Positions 25,464 through 37,713 of a DNA stretch of 64,000 nucleotides are shown one piece after another. The stretch is from contig NC_045697.1 of NCBI RefSeq assembly GCF_009834535.1, forward strand, positions 4,776,001 to 4,840,000. The letters run 5' to 3'. Position numbers and translations under genes: made by a program. The stretch is from Camelus ferus (Eukaryota). How positions within the stretch are numbered: position 1 is the stretch's first letter; every line of letters starts with the position of its first letter. The notes beneath the pieces were generated by a model that was not told where the DNA came from, ran no database searches, and was given only the letters and a program-made list of their open reading frames with translations.

Positions 25464-26969
25464 CCCTGGAAGGGGACTTGCTGGATCATACCACTTCTTC
25501 CTTTTTAGCAGCTGCATAGTACTCTGTAGGAGAATTCACTCTTTTAAATAGGATTCTTCAGGCTGCCCATCCCAGAAGCACCATATGAACGAGCTGAGAT
25601 CCAAACTCTGGCTCCGTAAACTGGGAGTCCTGGGTGGGTTCAGGGCATGACTGGCTGGGTTTAGCTGCACCCTCCTCCTCCTTGTTCTCACCCTAGGCCT
25701 GTGTCCTCACCTGTGTGTCCCGTCACTCCATCTGCGTCCCTCCAGCAGCGGGTGTCGTGTTCCAGCCCTGTGGATGGGCCTGGTCATGCAGCTGGGAAAG
25801 CTGCTTTCGTCAGCCCAGCAGAGTGGCCTTGGCTGGGGACAGTCCAGGGACTGGGGGCCTGTGAGGATCCGGCCAGAGCACAGCCACTCTGTGGCCAAGG
25901 GGACAGGCTTGCTCAGACCACGAGCAAGGCCGTGGGGAAAGCTTTCTAAGCAGACAAACACAGTAGCGCAGAAATTCCCTTTCAATCCCACAGAATCTCG
26001 TGCTTTCCACAATGTCTGACCCCCTCTAAACATCGGCCACGTGAATCGGCATCGGAACCAGACCCAAAGCCAGGCCTGAGCATCCCCCTGAGCTCTCACC
26101 ATCTTCCCTGCCTGTGTGCATCCTTTCCCCTTCCATTACGTAGATCCAGCACGTCCAGAACCAGGTTGTCTGGGTTCAAGGCTAGTCTCCACCACCTACT
26201 ACCTGTGGGACCTGGAGTGAGTTGTGAGACTTTATCATAAAATGAGGATGACACGCCACTGGGTTATCACGAAGATCACTGGTAATTCACCTGGAGTGCA
26301 CGGTGCTGGGCCGGGCCCATTTCAAGGGCCCTAGCCACGGCATCCTAATGGTGATGATGATTACTGTTATTATTGCCATTTTGTGGTGGAGGGGTCTGGG
26401 CCTTTCCAGGGCTCAGTACTGCACCAAGGTGGAGTGGAGGGGTTGGCTGGGTCCCGTTTGGACAAGTTTTCATCATTGGATGAGGTGAAGCAAGCTAGGA
26501 GGAGGCTTCGAGGTCCACACTTTTCAGAGGAGGGATCTGAGGCTTGCAGAGGTTGTGAGACTTGGGCAAGGACACACAGCGAGTAAATGGTTCCAGCTAG
26601 AATCCAGTTCTCCGGGTCCTCAGGCTAGTGTTTTACGTGCTCCTCCATGAAAACTTGCAGGGAAATTCAGAGCCTGAGGTTCCCCCAGCATCACAGGGTT
26701 AGTGAAAAGCAACTGGGGTGCAAACCCAGGTCTGTCTGATTATATGGAATTTCCATGGCTCAGTGCTGCCTCCCTGGACAGTGCCCAGAGATGAAGCTAT
26801 GTAATCTGAGCTCTCAAAGCACAGAGCTCAAATCTGTGCTCAACTTGGAAAAATTTACATCAGATTCTGGATAGAAGAGATGCAACTCATCTCCTTTATA
26901 AAAGTGACTTTGACCACTTATTACAAGCATGTCTTCATTCATGCCTTTGTGTCTTTTGAATTATTTTAG

Positions 26970-27024
26970 GACTTGCCCCCTATGATGTGGCCCAGTGTGG
27001 AGAGCTCTCACTTTAAGACGACAG
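26970..27024 (+). CDS. EVC2: EVC2 coding exon 2
   Basis: Acceptor TTATTTTAG|GAC, donor AG|GTAAAT; 55 nt. Encodes DLPPMMWPSVESSHFKTT (recalled human DLPCMIWPKVECCHFKTA). Confidence 0.88.
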
Positions 27025-27874
27025 GTAAATTCTCCTTTTGGTTGATTTTTCGTTGTTTTAGCAGGACAAGGGGATGGAGGGAGAAGCTTCCGGGCACATG
27101 GCTGCCCTGAAGCGAGGGAATGAGGGTGCATCCAAACACTTGGGCAAACATACAGATGACCCGTGTGACAGTGGTGCTGGAGGGGAGGCCGCTGAGTGAT
27201 GACACAGTGGCTGGTGAAGGGCACTTTACAGCTTGACTTCCTTCTATACTGACAGCAGGGCCTGCCCTCCTGCAAGTCTTCATCAGAGGCTGTGGCTGGG
27301 CCTTCTGAGGGCCTGGAGGAGCCTGGGGCATAGATGCCCCAACCAGAGGTAACACCTGTACTGACCTTGAGATTTTACATCCATGTGCTGATTGGACAGC
27401 ATTTGTCCCCTAGCCTGAGCGGCTGGGCTGTCCAGAGGCGGGCAGTCCAGTCCTGCTTATGCGATTGACCGAGACAATCCTGACTGAGCAGCTGGCCTGG
27501 GAGGGCACCTGCCTGTTTCCATGGCGAAGGCTGTCAGTCCCTCCATGCTTACCTTTGTCCCCATTCCGACGTCCTGAGCGGAATCAACCACAGATGATAT
27601 TCTAGGGAAAAAGATGTTGATTTTATCTAGGATTCAGTTCAGTGTCTTTTTTTTTTTTTCAAATTTTAATTTTTTCCTACACATATTTAGAAACTCTGTA
27701 AAGAAGGTTTCAAAAGCACTTCTAAAGACCTTGCTATCAATATGCTGTGTGAGAAAGACTGAAAAATAGACTTCATGCTCAGTCAACATACAATTTGTAT
27801 TTGGATAGAAGAGAAACGTCGAAAAGGCACAGCTCCACAACTCAGGTCCCTTCAAAGCATACATTTCTAGCTTT

Positions 27875-28470
27875 ATTTTTTTTTTTAATTAAAGTTTAGT
27901 CAGTTTACCATGTTGTGTCAATGTCTGGTGTACAGCATAATAGTTCAGTCATACATATACACACATGTATTCCTTTTTATTATGGGTCATTTTAAGGTAT
28001 TGAATACAGTTCCCTCTGCTACACGGTAGAAACGTGTTGTTTATCTATGTTATATTTCTGCAAATCTGCAAATCTCGAACTCCCAATTTATCCCTTCTAC
28101 CCTCTTTCTGCCGGTAACCATAAGTTTGTTTTCTATGTCTGTGAGTCTCTTTCTGTTTTGTAAATAAGTTCATTTGTCTCAGTTTTTTTTAAAGATTCCA
28201 CATATAAGTGATAGCATGTGGTATTTTCCTTTCTCTTTCTGGCTTACTTGACTTAGTGTGATGATCTCCAGGTCCATCCATGTTGCTGCACATGGCATTA
28301 TTTTATTCTTTTTATGGCTGAGTAGTATTCCAGTGTGTGTGTGTATCACAACTTCTTTATCCAGTCATCTGTCATTGGACATTTAGATTGCTTCCAGGTC
28401 TTACACATAGTGATGCTAGAAACACTGGGGTGCTTGTGGTTTTTTGAAGGAGAACTTCCTCCGGATAGAT
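27875..28470 (-). mobile_element. L1 3' end fragment (similar fragments at ~33410-33700, 2960-3060, 43970-44060)
   Basis: T-rich tail plus GATTCCACATATAAGTGATA...GGTCCATCCATGTTGCTGCA...TTTATGGCTGAGTAGTATTCC. Confidence 0.85.
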
Positions 28471-29329
28471 GCACAGGAGTGGGACTGTCTAGTGTTAAGC
28501 ATTTAGTGCTCATAAGCACTTTCACACACAGTGTGTCATTTCCCTTCTCCTTAGGCTGCCCTGTCTGATGGATGTTTTCACCACATTCCCAGTGAGGGAA
28601 ACTGAGGCTCAGAGCACTCAGCTGACCTGCCCAGGGTCACACAGCTGATTAGCATTAGAGCAGCTTCCACTCAGGACAATGCCTAACACCCCAGCCAGCA
28701 CCTCTTAAGCGACATTTCTGTGCTACACATGGTGCTTATGAATTTTCAAAATTCTAGAGGAAGCAGTCCACATGGGGTAGTTCAGCAGGCGCTGTGTCTG
28801 GCAGTGGTCAGACCCTCCTTGTAGTAATGATCAGTGTCACTCGCAGAAGAGACAGGGCCTCCGAAGGACAAAGCAAGGTAAAACTTACCGTTCTCTCCAC
28901 TGTGGAGTTAGGGAAACTGAGGCCCAGAGGGGTTAGCTGGCTTCCCCACCGACACAGCTGGGGAGAGGCAGAGCCAGATTCGAACCCAGGGCTGTCTGAT
29001 GCCAGGTGGGTAAGAATCACCCAGGACACCTCCCTTGCCCAGTGGTTCTGATTCGGCAGGTCTGGTGTGGGACCCAGGATGGACATTTCAGCATACAGCC
29101 CAGGGAAGGAGCGCACACTGGGAGCGACATTCTCCTTAGTCTCTAAGCCTCCCAGTGAGAACATCTCATTTCCTTGGCAGAGAAGTGGTAAGGCATTCAT
29201 TCATTGACTTCCTCCGCCAAGGTTTTCCCAGCGCCTTCTGCGGGCCGTGCGGTTTGCCTCTGGCAGTTGAGCCGCTGCAGTCGTCCTGCCAGTCTGCGTT
29301 ATATAATACAAGTTCATTGCTCTTTGCAG

Positions 29330-29496
29330 TGGACGCACCATTTGGACTGAAATTCAATAAGAAAATTGAGGTCTCGACCCCACCCAGGACTTCTGCAGCC
29401 ACCAGTGGGTTGTGGCTTCATTCCGTGTTTGCTTTTACAGCCTTCCTGCCCAGGAAGACCTTGTTTAAAAGAGAGTCTGCTGTAACACATCTCTTG
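29330..29496 (+). CDS. EVC2: EVC2 coding exon 3
   Basis: Acceptor CTCTTTGCAG|TG, donor TTG|GTAAGT; 167 nt, phase 1/0. Encodes (V)DAPFGLKFNKKIEVSTPPRTSAATSGLWLHSVFAFTAFLPRKTLFKRESAVTHLL. Confidence 0.9.
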
Positions 29497-30199
29497 GTAA
29501 GTAACATGTTCGATACTTTAAAAAAGACATATCAAGTTGTAAAGAAGCCAATTTTGTTCCAAAGATGTAGAGAATGTCACAGGCTTTTGTTCCTCAAGAA
29601 AAGCTATTCTTTCACTGAATACAGTTATTAGGAGGGAGCAAATCCATTTTTCTTTCGGGAGAGCTGCAGTTTCTGCACAACGTACAGCATTTTGCTGGAT
29701 GGGACGTGTGAATCTGATCGTCAAGCGGCCTCGCCTGCTGGTTCTAAAGCAGGGCGAGGGGCTGTGCTCTAACCAGACTGGAGTCACCCGCGCCTGTTAT
29801 AAAAACGCTGCTACCAGTGGTTCGTGGCGAGGGTTTAACAAATACTTCCAACTTGCCAGGCACGGGGCTTCGCACTTTCAACGCGTGATCTCATTGGAGC
29901 CTCATTGCAAGTTCTGAAGCAGGTACTATTTTTGCTCCTGCTTTACTGACAGGAAACTGGAGATCGGAGAGATTAGGAGGCTTGTTCCGGGTCCCACAGG
30001 TAGAGGTGGCGGAGCCGGGGTTTGGAGCCCCTGCTCGACTGCTGCTCCTGAGGCTGCTCGCATTCTGTGTGATGTGCTGGCTCCACGTCGGGCTGTCTCT
30101 CACCTACGCTTCCATGACTTAAAAAGGCTTGAGAACCACTGAGTTCAGCCAACAGGCTACCATTGCTACAAGCCCCTTCTTGGCCGCCGGCTAAGTGTT

Positions 30200-31050
30200 T
30201 GTACTAGTTTCCTAGGGCCGTGTAACAAATTACCACCAACCTGGTGGCTTCAAACAATGACATTATTCCCTTCCAATTCTGGAAGTGGAAGTCCAAAGTT
30301 AGGGTGTTGGCAGAGCCACGCTCCCTCCGAGGGCATGTCGGGGAAAATCCATCTTTGTTTCTTTCAGCTTCCGGTCATGTTCCTGGCTTCTGGCCGCATC
30401 ACACCAATCTCTGTATTAGGATTCTCCAGAGAATCATAACCAGCAGGATGTGTGTATATACACGTGTTTACACATTCACACACGCACACGTGCACGTATA
30501 TATATATGCGCATATGTGAGGGAGACAGCGGGGGAGATTTATTTTAAGAAATTGTTCATGTGGTGATGGGGCTGGCAAGTCCAAAATCTGCAAGGCAGGC
30601 CGATGTTGCAGCTCAAGTTGGAACGGTGTCTGCCACTGAGTTCCCTTTTCCTCAGGGGACCTCAGTGTTTTTTTGTGAAGTCCTTAACTGATTGGGTGAG
30701 GCCCACCCATATTATAGACAGTTATCTGCTTTGCTCAAAGTCCACTGACCTAAATGTTGATCTCATCCAAAGAGCACATTCGCAGTGACATCAGGACGCA
30801 TTTGACAGCCAGCTGGCCCTAGCCGCTCACTCTCACACTCTGTTTCCGCCTTCTCATGGCCCCTTCTCTCTGTGTGTGTCTTCTCCTTTTTTGTCACTAC
30901 TAAGGACCCCTGGCATTGCATTTCTGGCCTGCCTCAATCCAGCCCACCTACATCCAGAATGATCTCGTCTTGAGAGCCTTTGCTTAATTACATCTTCCAA
31001 GACCTTCCAAATAAGGTCACATTCTGTTCCCAGGTTCTGGGATTCAGGAT
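30200..31050 (-). mobile_element. MLT1-type MaLR LTR split by a nested MLT2 (ERVL) LTR at ~30412-30837
   Basis: MLT1 halves TGTACTAGTTTCCTAGGGCCGTGTAACAAATTACCAC...CCAATCTC and TGTTTCCGCCTTCTCATGGC...CCAAATAAGGTCACATTC flank MLT2-like TGTATTAGGATTCTCCAGAGAA...GGCTGGCAAGTCCAAAATCTG...ACTGATTGGGTGAGGCCCACCCA. Confidence 0.78.
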
Positions 31051-32384
31051 GTGCAGTAGCCACTCACCCCACCAAGGCGGTCCTCTTATTCTGTCCAGCC
31101 CTCTCCTGCGACAGGTGGCGCAGCCCCTCCCACGGCAGCACCTCTGTGCCCCATCACCCTCCTCTGTCTGTTCAGTGGCTGTGCTTCTTCAGTTGTTGTT
31201 TGCAGGATGCTGTGTGGGGACCAGAAGGATAGAAAGCCAGATCTCTGTTCTCAAAGACTCATCAGGGTCCTGGCACGTCAGAGCATTAGGGTGGGGTGGG
31301 GGCCAGAATGCTCAACCGGAATCAGAGGCCCGGGCAGCTCGCGCTGCTGCCTGTGGTCAGCGTGTTCTCGGGAATATCACTTCCACTCTTTGTGTCTTCG
31401 CTCATTTCTGTCCAGTGAGAGGCTCATGCTTTGGGGAGGGGATGTGCGCTGTGGAGGAACCACAGGATATGGAGACACACTGGTGGGGATGGAGTCCAAG
31501 CTTCCTGCCTGTGCAGCCTTGGGCTAGTGACTTAACCTTCCCGAGCCTTAGTTTCCTCATCTGTAAAATGGGAGAAATAGAATTCATGTGTGTACAGGGA
31601 TGGGCATACGCCTTGCACTTGGGAAAGAATTGATGTTGCTCTGATTGTCGGTATCACTGAGAGCTGCTGTGGTCTGTGATTCAGAGGTGGGGGTGGGCAG
31701 GCAGAGAGCGGGGAGGCGAGGCAAAGGGAAGCCTCCTCGGTGAGATCAGGGTCCTGCCTGGTTTAAATGGTGTGTCTGTACCGCAGCACTGGGATCTCAG
31801 GACACACGGCAAGGGCAGAAAGGAGCCAGCATCCGTTGTGATTACAAGGGGCCGCGGGAGCTAGGCCAGCCCTGGCTTTCTATTGATACCCTTCCAGGGC
31901 AGTCATCACAGGGTTGGAAGAGGCCAAACCCAGATTCTCCATTCACTGATGGTGGATCCAGCTCCCAGGAGGCTCCCGGACGTGCTGGGGTCCATGTTCC
32001 TCTGTCCCCACTGTGTGGCTGATATGCTCCGGCAGTGACAGCCAGGGGACACACAGGATCTGTGAGTGGTCATTAAAGGGTTTTTCCATAGCTCTGCAAA
32101 CATGCTGCTTACTGAAATGTAAGCCCTGGTTTGCTGAGTCCCTGTGACAACAGTGTCCTTTACCCAGGAGCAGGACATAGCCCCAGTGTCAGCACAGGTC
32201 CACATCCTTCTTTCCTCATAGGTTTTAAGTTCCAGTCCTTACACACTCTTTTTGAAAAAATCTTCAGGATTGAAGAAAGTTACTGTACCAGCAGAAGCAA
32301 CCCTGCTCACCCTGCTTTTAAAAGCTTTATAAGTGTAGCATGAAATATTTTTCATTTTCTAATAATTTCTGTATTTGATTGTAG

Positions 32385-32453
32385 TATGGGGACATTTCAA
32401 GAGACATTCAAGGAACTTCTGAGAATGGAGTCATTTTTCAGAAATGTGCAGTG
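32385..32453 (+). CDS. EVC2: EVC2 coding exon 4
   Basis: Acceptor TTGTAG|TAT, donor GTG|GTAAGT; 69 nt. Encodes YGDISRDIQGTSENGVIFQKCAV. Confidence 0.95.
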
Positions 32454-32810
32454 GTAAGTGTTCATGGGTGGCTTAGACTTAAAGAGGAAATAATTGAATT
32501 TGCCCAAATCATGTATTAGCTGGGAGCTGGCAAGTCACGTGGTTATCCAGCCACGTCTGAGCACGGGTGAGGAGGGGCTGACCCGCAGGGACCTTATATT
32601 TTATATGGCAGCACCAAGACTGAGGTTTTTTGGTAACAGTATAATTATTGTGAGTGAAAATCCTCTGTCATTGTTTAAAATGGGAAAGAGAGTGTATATT
32701 TTCTCTGAGATTTTAACATTTATATGATGCTTGACAGCTTAAAAATGTATTTAATGTCTTTTAGGTCTTTGATCCTTACTAATCTCATGAGATGGCTTTC
32801 ACATTGTCCT

Positions 32811-33378
32811 TGTGTTGGGAGGTCCCTAAGACCACCCTCAGGTTCAGTGGCTCCTTCAGAGGACTCAGCTCAGAACAGCTGATGTCACAGTTACAGTTCA
32901 TTACAGCAAATGACGTAAAGTCAGCAAAGCGAAAGGCACATTAGACAGAGCTCCGGAGACGCCGGCCCAAGACAGCCCTGTTTCCTCCTGGCGGAGCTGC
33001 AGGGGCAGCATGTAGGTTTCCCAGCAGTGACATGTGACATAACTCGGGGCGCTCTCCTGAGCTGTGGAGTCCAGGGCTTTTACTGAGGACCAGTCACGTT
33101 GGTGCGGAACGCTCATGTCGCTGACCTCGGTTATTCAATCTCCCTTCCCTCCCTCCAGAGGTCACGCTGGGCCCAAGGCCCCCGCCACGAATCACACTGT
33201 TAGCGTAGACTCCTGGTGTGGCCCAAGGCCATGGGTATATGAAGACAATCTCACCAGGTAGGACGTTCTGAAGACTCTAGAGGTCAATCTCCCAGGAGCT
33301 GGTCCAGGACCAGCCCTCATTTTGGGATGCGCAGCGTTTGGACAGTCCCAGCCTGCTGAGTTAACCCTTTACTGCACA
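32811..33378 (-). mobile_element. ERVL solo LTR (MER77-like)
   Basis: Reverse complement starts TGTGCAGTAAAGGGTTAACTCAGCAGGC; TG...CA ends. Confidence 0.72.
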
Positions 33379-34635
33379 AACGTCATTTTCTTTTCTTTTC
33401 TTCTTTTTTTCTTTCTTTCTTTTTACTGAAGTATAGTTGATTTACAATGTTGTGTCAGTTTCAGGTGTACAGCAAAGTGATTCAGTTACATATATGCATA
33501 TATATAAACCTATTCTTTTTCAGGTTCTTTCCCACCATAGGTTATTACAAGATATTGAACATAGTTCCCTGGGCTGTACAGTCGGTCCTTGTTGGTTGTC
33601 TATTTTATATATAGCAGTGTGTGTCTGTTATTCCCAAATTCCTAACTTATCCGTCCCCCCTTTTCCCCTTTGGTAACTGAAGTTTGTTTCCTGTGTCTGC
33701 ATAACCCTCACTTTAACCCAGGCTCTCAGCTGTCTGGCTCCCCTCCCTGAGTACAGTTGGTGCTACCAGTTTCTCGTGTCCTAGAGCTGTTTTCTGGCCC
33801 ATGCGTGCAGTTACGAGCATGTGTGTGTACATGCGTGTAGCTGTGTGTACATGCACACGTACATACACGTACTTTTTTCTTCCCCTTTTCTACACAGGTG
33901 CCCGTGCATCCTGTACACCAAGTTCTACAACTTGCTCTTTTCACTATTACATTTCAAAGCTCACTCCTCTTGGGACATGCGTGGCTTCCCTCTCTTAGCT
34001 CCTGCATCTCTTTCAGCAGAACTGGGGTGAAGAAGGGGCAGGAGAGCTGGGAGATGCGGCCTAGAGAGAGGGGGCAGGGCAGGGTTGCAGAAGCCTGTTG
34101 GGGAGCCCAGCGGCTGGACCCCTGGATGGCTTCCACCAGCTGAGGTACTCGAACACATGGCCGGGCAGAACCTGGATGGGGGAGACTGGCTTGGAGGCTG
34201 GAGTCCAGCTTGGGACCTGCGGTCCTGGAGATCAGATGGCAGTCAGAGGCCCTGGCCTGGCTGGGGCTGAATCTTCAAAAGAATAGAGTAAGAGGGAGCC
34301 ACTGTTTGCTTTCCTTGGTGACCCCAGTTGTCAGTTTCCCCAGCCTGCCTGTGGGTCTGTGCTCGGGTGCTTTTTCTTCAAAGTTACTCTGGGGTATGAT
34401 TTCGCTGCATTTCAGGGCCCTGGTTTCTGTGAAACAGCTTGGCAAGCAGAAGTCAAAACTCTCCTGGGGCCCTTGAAGTCAGACCTGATAAATCCTCAGA
34501 ACCTTTGTGAGACCATAATCCTCCTGCCCTTTAAAGACCTAACGGGCGCAAGTCAAGCCGGAGACTCATTTTGGGAAGTTGGGTTTGCCGGCAAGTCTGG
34601 CCTCACTTCACCTCCTGTCTTGGGTGTCTTCGCAG

Positions 34636-34810
34636 AGCGAGTGGCCGGTGGCCCACATACAACTGCTGGTGAACAACACCAGGACGCCCGCGGCCGCCAA
34701 CCTCTCTGATCTGCTCCTGTTGGACAACATCACTGGCCTGACCGTTAGGGAATCGACTGGTAACCAGACCTCAAGAGGGTTCCAGGCTTTCAGGAAGAAG
34801 TTTCTGCAAG
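34636..34810 (+). CDS. EVC2: EVC2 coding exon 5 (acceptor apparently shifted 12 nt downstream; ancestral start would be 34624)
   Basis: Encodes SEWPVAHIQLLVNNTRTPAAANLSDLLLLDNITGLTVRESTGNQTSRGFQAFRKKFLQ; donor AAG|GTAAGA. The first AG after the pyrimidine tract is TCTTCGCAG at 34634-35, which keeps the frame (175 nt). Confidence 0.85.
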
Positions 34811-35997
34811 GTAAGAGCGCCATGTACAATGTCAGGGGTGGAAAATGCTGAAAATACGCACCGATGCTCGCAGAGCATGGGAGATGTGGCCAGCATAGCC
34901 TTAGACACGTGACGTGTTCACACAGTGCATCCTCACAACGGATGCTGCTCTCGGGGTGTCAGAGGAGACTGCTGCTCAGTGTCCGCAGCCAGGAAACTGG
35001 GTTTGTCACTTAAGTTAGAGGGAGGTGGGATTTGGGGGAAGAGTTTTAAAAATAGATATACTCAATATTTATTATGAAAAATTTCAAACATACACTAAGA
35101 TCGAGTTCATAGAGCATGCCGGCATATCCATCACCCGATGACCAAAATCTCCATCACTCACTCAAAGGAAGAGCTTGTTTTGGGGAGTGCTGGACAGAGG
35201 GGTTTGGCATCGGCCCTGGAAGCTCGCTCATGACACGTCCAGGCACTGTCAGGAGTGGTCACAGGAGCACCTCCACTGCTGATTTGTTGCCTTTCAGAGC
35301 ATGATGCCGTCCCTGGTTGGCTTTCGGAGGTGTGTTTCCTGAGGCGAATTGTCATTATTTCATTAGGAAGACTTAAAACCAATTCTGGGATTCAGTTGTT
35401 CCTCTGTCTCTAGAGCTGTCAGTTTTTCTGGGAAGGTGAGACTTCTTTTATTCTGAGGGGGTACCTCGTCTACAGATGAAAAGACCCAAGCGGTGAGGAA
35501 CTTGCCTGAGGCCATCGGGCTGGCAGTCAAGGCTGTTTCAGACTCAGACAGTCTGGCTCCCCCATCCAGGCCGTGACCATTACGTATGGTGGATCTCACA
35601 TCTCACGTGCCGAGGACTCGCTCCGACCTCCCCGCTTCCACACGTGTGGCCCACGCCGCTCATCAGTCCCGCCACTCTTTCTCTCTGAGCCTAGACGAAG
35701 CCTCAGAACCCTTCTTAACACCACCTTGCTGACGGAAGCTGCCAGTGGAGCTGGCCCACAAGTGGCGATCTCTGCTGGCTCTGGTTTAAGCAGTGTCAGA
35801 ATGTTTCCCAGCTAAGTGATCTTTAGTGCCTTTCTTTTCAATGATGTCAAAATAAATCCCAGCCCCCAACTCTTAAGGTGGTATTGGCCTTCAGAAACCA
35901 CCTAATTTCTCTGACCTCCGGGTGTCACACATGATAACGAGAACCAGCACTTTCCTCCCTGAACCCCTGAATTTGGGATAAGGGAGTTTATTCATGC

Positions 35998-36135
35998 TTT
36001 TTTCAGTTTTTTTGCTTTGTTTTTTTGGCGGGGAGTAATTAGGTTTCTTTCCTTTTAGAGGAGGTACTGGGGATTGAACCCAGGACCTTGCACGTGGTAA
36101 GCCTTCGCTCTGCCACTTGAGCGATACCCTCCCCC
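35998..36135 (-). mobile_element. tRNA-derived SINE (camelid vic-1-like)
   Basis: Reverse complement GGGGGAGGGTATCGCTCAAGTGGCAGAGCG...GGTCCTGGGTTCAATCCCCAGTACCTCC with Pol III A and B boxes, then CCTAATTACTCCCC and an A-rich tail. Confidence 0.8.
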
Positions 36136-37301
36136 AGAGAAAAGCACCGTTGCAACACGATCTGGCCTCTGTAAAGTGCTGCTGAGTCAGAGGCTATTCT
36201 GTTGTGATTATTTTTATGTGTGTGTGTGGTAAAAACACACATAGCATAAGAGCTGTCGTCTTAAAAACTTGTAAGTGTGCAGGACGGCATTGTTAGCTGT
36301 ACGCCTGTGCTCAGTGGAGCTGCACAACTTTTCCATCCTGTGTAACTGAAATTCTCTCCCCACTGAACAGCAACCCCGTCGCCCCTTCTCCTAACCCCCG
36401 GCAACTGTTTTCACTCTTACTACCGTATTATAATTGCTACGAATGCCCGCATGCCTCTGCCTCCAAGGCTCTACGTGCCCTGAGGGCAGGATCCCAGTTG
36501 TGTTCGTGAACTCACCAGGATCTCAAGGGATCTGACACTGGTTTTCAACTTAGTGGGCAGGAAATTTTTTCCCAAAGGATAAGTATAGAAGTGTAGCCTC
36601 AGATGACCGATCCGACCCCAGCCTGTTGACACTCTGGCAATATTGTCATCCTCATCATGGTCATTTGCTTTTTTTTTATCAGAGTCATGGTCATTTAGAG
36701 AAAAGATGACAGGCCCAAGAGGGTAGGGTGGCTTCCCACTTGTTTACTGGGTGACCCTAAGCGAGTCACTTCCCCTCTCTCCGTCTCACTTTCCTTTTGT
36801 GTCCGCAGCAGGAAATACTGTAATCTCCGTCCGTCTCAGGGCATGGTTTGGAGACCAGCTGGGCTGACGTCCTGCAGATGCTTTGAGGGTGATAGAGTCT
36901 CACGCCAGGGAGAGGTCTGATGAGTGGCCTTCGCCTGTGTTATCGCTTCATCAGCTTTGTCTTTATCACCGTATCTTTATGATCCTAGCTTTTATCGTTA
37001 TATAAAAATAAAATGTAAATGTTGAGGACGTTTAAAACAAAAATCCTAAGGATTCCATAGCCTAGAGTTCTGGGTGGGGGCAGAGGGGCAGGTAAAGCTC
37101 CTTGCACCTGCTGACACCCCCTCCTAGTGAAAAAGGAGGGGGTGAGCATGCCTGCCCAGTTTATTCTGCCTGCTTATAAGTATGTGAGTCAGAGGGGCCT
37201 CGCTGCGCCGTCGGCCGCGACGCGGGCCTCCTCTGCGCGGCTGTGTCTGGGGTGTGACTGGGGCCCCTCTCCTCACCCGCATGTGCTTTCTCTCTGAACA
37301 G

Positions 37302-37411
37302 TCGGGGACTCCTTTTCGGTCAGCTACACAGCCTTGCTGGAGGTGGAAGACGTCAAGGGTGGAGAGGTCCTGATGCTGCCTGCCCGGCTCTCCTTCCAGA
37401 CTTCATCCCCG
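37302..37411 (+). CDS. EVC2: EVC2 coding exon 6
   Basis: Acceptor CTCTCTGAACAG|TC, donor CCG|GTATTG; 110 nt. Encodes (V)GDSFSVSYTALLEVEDVKGGEVLMLPARLSFQTSSP. Confidence 0.93.
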
Positions 37412-37713
37412 GTATTGCCTTTGTTCCTCTGATTTCTGTCCTGCTGCTTTAGAAACTGTGGGCACAGTATCTGCTAGTTCATTCTTTTTTTCCTCCCTTC
37501 CTCCTTTCCTTCAGTGATACCGAATTCTAGAAGTGCACGGGCCCTGGGACCTCACACACTTTACCGTGAACCAGGCTCCCTCGGAGCTCCTGGTGACCTT
37601 GAGTAGCTACGTACCCTCTCTGGGCCTGATTATGAAGATGCGTGATCACTAGATGTGAATTTCTCAGCACTGTGTCCCGTGCATGACGGGCACTCAACCA
37701 GGAGTTCCCACTG

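Noticed and set aside
36060..36135. Possible tRNA gene
   Set aside because: It has A and B boxes but is followed by a family-specific tail and A-rich run, and a second degenerate copy exists, so it is a SINE.
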